Below, one piece after another: positions 60,973 through 64,000 of a stretch of DNA of 64,000 nt. The position numbers were made by a program, and so were the translations under genes. The stretch lies in NCBI GenBank assembly GCA_041690595.1, contig JAWLHB010000021.1, positions 70,599 to 134,598 on the forward strand, in the 5' to 3' direction. This stretch comes from Lentisphaeria bacterium (lineage in GTDB: Bacteria; Verrucomicrobiota; Lentisphaeria; JABSQK01; JAWLHB01). Position 1 is the first letter of the stretch. The number at the start of each line of letters is the position of its first letter. The notes beneath the pieces were generated by a model. That model was not told the origin of the DNA and did no database searches. It saw only the letters and a program-made list of their open reading frames with translations.

Positions 60973-62466
60973 ATGAGAAGGGAGCGCAAATCCAGGTTTC
61001 ATGTGACATCATTCTGCGTACTGGCAGCAGTCGCCATCGGGCTGCTCGGCTGGAACGCATTTTCGGAGAAGGACAATGAGGAGCATCCTCCAGTAAAGAT
61101 GGAGTTGGACCAGCAGGCGTTGCCGGAGCAACTCAAGCGTGAAACCAGCTATTCGGCGATGCTGAAGAAGGTCACCCCCAGTGTCGTCAATATCTTCACG
61201 ACGCGAACGGTGCAGATGCGGCAACTGCCGCAGTTCCAGGATCCCTTCTATCGTCGTTTCTTCGGCGAAGGGCCGGAGCAGCAGCCTCGCTCGCGGCAGG
61301 AGCCGAGCCTGGGCTCGGGGGTCATCATCAGCACCAATGGCTACATTCTCACCAACAATCACGTCATTGCCGATGCGGATGAGATCAAGGTGGCTCTCGC
61401 TAGTGGTAACAAGCTCGAGTACGACGCCAAGCTCATCGGCACGGATCCCAAGACCGATATCGCGGTTCTTAAGATCGATGCCGAAGACCTTCCTGCCGTC
61501 GTCATTGCGGACAGCGATCTGCTCGAGGTCGGTGATATGGTCTTTGCTGTCGGTAATCCCTTCGGCGTCGGCCAGACAGTCACCCGAGGCATCGTCAGTG
61601 CCGTTGGGCGCGGCAATCTCGGCATCACCGACTACGAGGACTTCATTCAGACGGATGCATCGATCAATCCCGGCAACTCTGGCGGCGCCCTCGTGGACGC
61701 GGCAGGTCGCCTGGTGGGCATCAATACCGCGATACTCAGCCGGACGGGCGGTAACAACGGGATCGGTTTTGCCGTCCCGATCAACATGGCCCGCAGCGTC
61801 ACGGAACGGTTGACCCAGTATGGACGCGTGGTTCGCGGCTACCTCGGCGTTGTCATTCAGCCGGTGACCGAACAGCTTGCCGAGCGCTTCAAGCTGGACA
61901 ACACCCGTGGAGCCCTGATCAGTGACATCATGCCTGACAGCGCCGCGGCCGATGCCGGCATGAAGGCTGGCGATGTCATCGTCTCCTTCAATGGCCGGGA
62001 AGTCAACAGCGTGCGCGACCTTCGCCTGCGGGTAGAGGTCACACCGCCGAACACCAAGGTACCGGTCGAGATCTCGCGGGACGGCAAGAAGCAGGAGTTG
62101 ACCGTGACGCTGAAGGAGATGCCAGGCGAGGCCGTGGCTGGTGGCCGAATGCCCGGTGATCCCGGAGAACCGGGTTTCCTTCAGGGCGTCGAGCTTCAGG
62201 ATCTGACACCGCGCATCCGTATGGCATTGGAACTGCCGGCCGATCTTGCTGGTGTGCTGGTCGCCGCCGTCGCGCCAGACAGCGCCGCCGCCAAGGCAGG
62301 CCTGAGCCAGGGAAATGTGATCATCGAGATCAATCGCAAGGAAGTGGAAAGCGCAAGGCACGCGTTCTCTATCCTGCGTGAAGCGAAGAGCGACAGCGTC
62401 CTTCTCTATGTATGGAGTGAAGGCCAGCGCCGTTATGTAGCGATTGACGAAAGCAAAGAGCGCTGA
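60973..62466 (+). CDS. htrA: periplasmic serine endoprotease HtrA/DegP/DegQ family with two PDZ domains
   Basis: Catalytic triad contexts TNNHVI, DIAVLKI, GNSGGALVD. Signal/anchor FHVTSFCVLAAVAIGLLGW. AAGGAG lies 8 nt before the ATG. Confidence 0.92.
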   Translation: MRRERKSRFHVTSFCVLAAVAIGLLGWNAFSEKDNEEHPPVKMELDQQALPEQLKRETSYSAMLKKVTPSVVNIFTTRTVQMRQLPQFQDPFYRRFFGEGPEQQPRSRQEPSLGSGVIISTNGYILTNNHVIADADEIKVALASGNKLEYDAKLIGTDPKTDIAVLKIDAEDLPAVVIADSDLLEVGDMVFAVGNPFGVGQTVTRGIVSAVGRGNLGITDYEDFIQTDASINPGNSGGALVDAAGRLVGINTAILSRTGGNNGIGFAVPINMARSVTERLTQYGRVVRGYLGVVIQPVTEQLAERFKLDNTRGALISDIMPDSAAADAGMKAGDVIVSFNGREVNSVRDLRLRVEVTPPNTKVPVEISRDGKKQELTVTLKEMPGEAVAGGRMPGDPGEPGFLQGVELQDLTPRIRMALELPADLAGVLVAAVAPDSAAAKAGLSQGNVIIEINRKEVESARHAFSILREAKSDSVLLYVWSEGQRRYVAIDESKER

Positions 62467-62475
62467 CGGATCGCG

Positions 62476-62492
62476 GGGGGCATCCTGCCCCT
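62476..62492. terminator. short GC hairpin GGGGGC-ATCCT-GCCCCT between convergent genes
   Basis: Read directly. Five bp plus a G-U wobble, with no T tract. It sits in a 30-nt convergent gap. Confidence 0.25.
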
Positions 62493-62496
62493 GCCG

Positions 62497-63720
62497 TCAA
62501 TCGCTGAATTCGTCTACAGAGCCGTCTTCGTTCGCGAAGGCGGCTCTGTGCTGATCGGACAGATTGATCAGGCTGGGCAATTCGAGCTGCCCTGTATCAA
62601 CCAGCACGGGCCGTTCTGGCCCCAGCACATGCTGGCACCAGCCCACGAAGTCAATCAGCGCGTTGATGTCCCAGTGCAGGCGTTCGCCGCGACCGCTGAG
62701 GTGATTGCTCCGCCGGCAGAGTGCCGGGGAGATGCCGCGAAGGATCAGCTGAAAGTGCCGATCATGCAGGGAATCGAGTTGCCGAATGGCGTGCCGCAGT
62801 CGCTTGGTGGCGCCGCGGCTGCTGAGACAGGGGCGGGCGCCATGGCTGTGGCACAGCTCTTCAGGCCATTCGGTAGCGGCAAGGTCGAGAACCGCCACGC
62901 TGCCGTCACGAAGTGCCTCGAGAGCAGCGGTACTCAGCTTTCCCGGTGCCTGCCAGGGAAGCACCAGATCCGGCTCGGGAAGAAGCCTCTGGGTGGCCAA
63001 CGCGGCAGGGCGCCACGCCGCATACCACGTGAAACGGTATTCGAGCACAGGCGCTTCCACGGGCTCAACAATGCGCGCCACGATACGACGCAATTGCCAG
63101 CCGCCGTTCTCCCCATCTGGCGCGAGTTCCCACCTGGCGGATCCCGGCGCTACTTTCAGTCCATCCTGCCAACGCCACAGGTCCGATCCATGCCCAACTT
63201 CGATCTGGCAGCCATCGGCACGCTCGAAAACCAGTGCCAGCGGCGGTTCAGGCCAGGCGAAGGGAGCTTCGAGTCTCTGCCATTCCCCGAGGTGCGGAAG
63301 GCCCTGCGCGTCCGTCTCCAGAGCACGCCAGCGCCGCAGGTCGGAGGTCAACTCGAGCGAGCCGATCTCGATCTGCTGGCGTAACAGGGTACGTGGCCGC
63401 AACCGCAAATCCGTTGTCACCCGCAGCAGCCCATCACTGCATCGGGAGGTGTGGCGAAAGGCGGGCTGGGTGCCGAACGGCAGATAACCTTCCGCATGCA
63501 CCAGAAGGGTCTGACCTTTCCGGGTGCCCCGAACCCGTTCCACCAGAGCAAGCTCGTCGCTCAAGTCACCAAGGCGGCAGCGAGCGCCATGCCAGGCTAT
63601 TTCTGCGTCGACGACGAGCTGCCCCGGTGCTTCCAGTCGCTCGGCGGGATGATGCAGACGCCAACTCTTGTCCGCGGCCTCAAGCACCAGGTCTTCGGCT
63701 TTCGGTACCCGTTCAGCCAT
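62497..63720 (-). CDS. hypothetical 407-aa Trp/Arg-rich cytoplasmic protein
   Basis: Long ORF. ATG 63720 is 9 nt after the stop of the upstream gene. No motif recognised. Confidence 0.5.
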   Translation of the reverse strand: MAERVPKAEDLVLEAADKSWRLHHPAERLEAPGQLVVDAEIAWHGARCRLGDLSDELALVERVRGTRKGQTLLVHAEGYLPFGTQPAFRHTSRCSDGLLRVTTDLRLRPRTLLRQQIEIGSLELTSDLRRWRALETDAQGLPHLGEWQRLEAPFAWPEPPLALVFERADGCQIEVGHGSDLWRWQDGLKVAPGSARWELAPDGENGGWQLRRIVARIVEPVEAPVLEYRFTWYAAWRPAALATQRLLPEPDLVLPWQAPGKLSTAALEALRDGSVAVLDLAATEWPEELCHSHGARPCLSSRGATKRLRHAIRQLDSLHDRHFQLILRGISPALCRRSNHLSGRGERLHWDINALIDFVGWCQHVLGPERPVLVDTGQLELPSLINLSDQHRAAFANEDGSVDEFSD

Positions 63721-63729
63721 CAGTTTGAC

Positions 63730-64000
63730 TCAATCTTCATCATAGAGGTCACTGACATCGCCGGCAGGGGGTGCCGCCGCGGGTGCCTCGGCAGGGGGCT
63801 CCTGAACGGGCGCCCGATCACTGGGCAGATCGAGCAAGCCACCGCCGGCCGGCTTCGAGCCCGGGCCTTCGGTGCCGTACAGGCTCTGGACGATCTCCGT
63901 CAATATCGGCCTGGCTTCTTCCATGGAACTCTTTGGGGCCGGCGGGCGTGGTGCCGATGATTCGCCGGCGGCGACGGCGCCACCGGCATGATCCGCCTTG
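63730..64000 (-). CDS. 3' end of a CDS entering from the right edge; Pro/Ala-rich tail ending DLYDED
   Basis: The ORF track starts it at M 63924. My translation of 63925-64000 in the same frame (KADHAGGAVAAGESSAPRPPAPKSS) has no stop, so the gene probably begins outside the window. Confidence 0.4.
   Translation of the reverse strand, partial: KADHAGGAVAAGESSAPRPPAPKSSMEEARPILTEIVQSLYGTEGPGSKPAGGGLLDLPSDRAPVQEPPAEAPAAAPPAGDVSDLYDED

Noticed and set aside
60840-61079. 79-aa ORF overlapping the htrA promoter and start (also 60326..60718 opposite the cytochrome c gene)
   Set aside because: It has no RBS or motifs and overlaps well-supported features (the sigmaE-type promoter, the htrA RBS/ATG, and the CXXCH cytochrome).
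1-64000. Mobile elements, prophage, defence islands, tRNA/rRNA genes
   Set aside because: By eye I saw no integrase, transposase or Cas-like translations, no tRNA T-loop (GGTTCGAATCC-type) signatures, and no long terminal inverted repeats. The only compositional anomaly is the 52.6-54.0 kb segment, reported separately.

Overview
High-GC bacterial chromosomal window, densely coding on both strands (about 45 CDS). I saw no rRNA, tRNA, CRISPR array, transposase or phage genes. An FTLIELLVV-type pseudopilin with a C-terminal H-X9-DG motif, ole genes and many large orphan glycan-enzyme-like proteins suggest a PVC-superphylum organism (Lentisphaerota/Kiritimatiellota/Verrucomicrobiota-like). That taxonomic call is inference only.

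Recognisable content:
- tyrS with a long leader carrying 9-nt-periodic GGA repeats, followed by an orphan degenerate GspE/PilB-like ATPase.
- A PAS-kinase/NtrC pair divergent from a sigma54-type promoter in front of a GH15-like + GT4 operon.
- Phasin-like gene + ubiB.
- An ftsK / RodZ-like / Mrp (HCF101-like) operon.
- Type I phosphomannose isomerase.
- Four ABC exporter genes, one with a DUF1854 partner.
- oleC-oleD packed into one operon with a Zn-ribbon/LRR receptor Ser/Thr kinase and two orphan enzymes.
- PhyH dioxygenase, two hybrid kinases, a group III truncated haemoglobin, a DUF481 outer-membrane protein and cysJI.
- A LacI-headed operon with a pseudopilin and two paralogous ~900-1000-aa secreted proteins.
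- A URO-D-like protein, a membrane-anchored c551-type cytochrome, and htrA behind an ECF sigmaE-type promoter.

Best candidates for something new:
- The oleCD-kinase operon (22.5-32.3 kb).
- The LacI/pseudopilin/paralogue operon (43.2-50.6 kb).
- The sigma54-controlled GH15-like/GT4 module.
- The GGA-repeat tyrS leader.

All functional calls rest on motifs I recognise in the supplied translations. No database search or computation was run.
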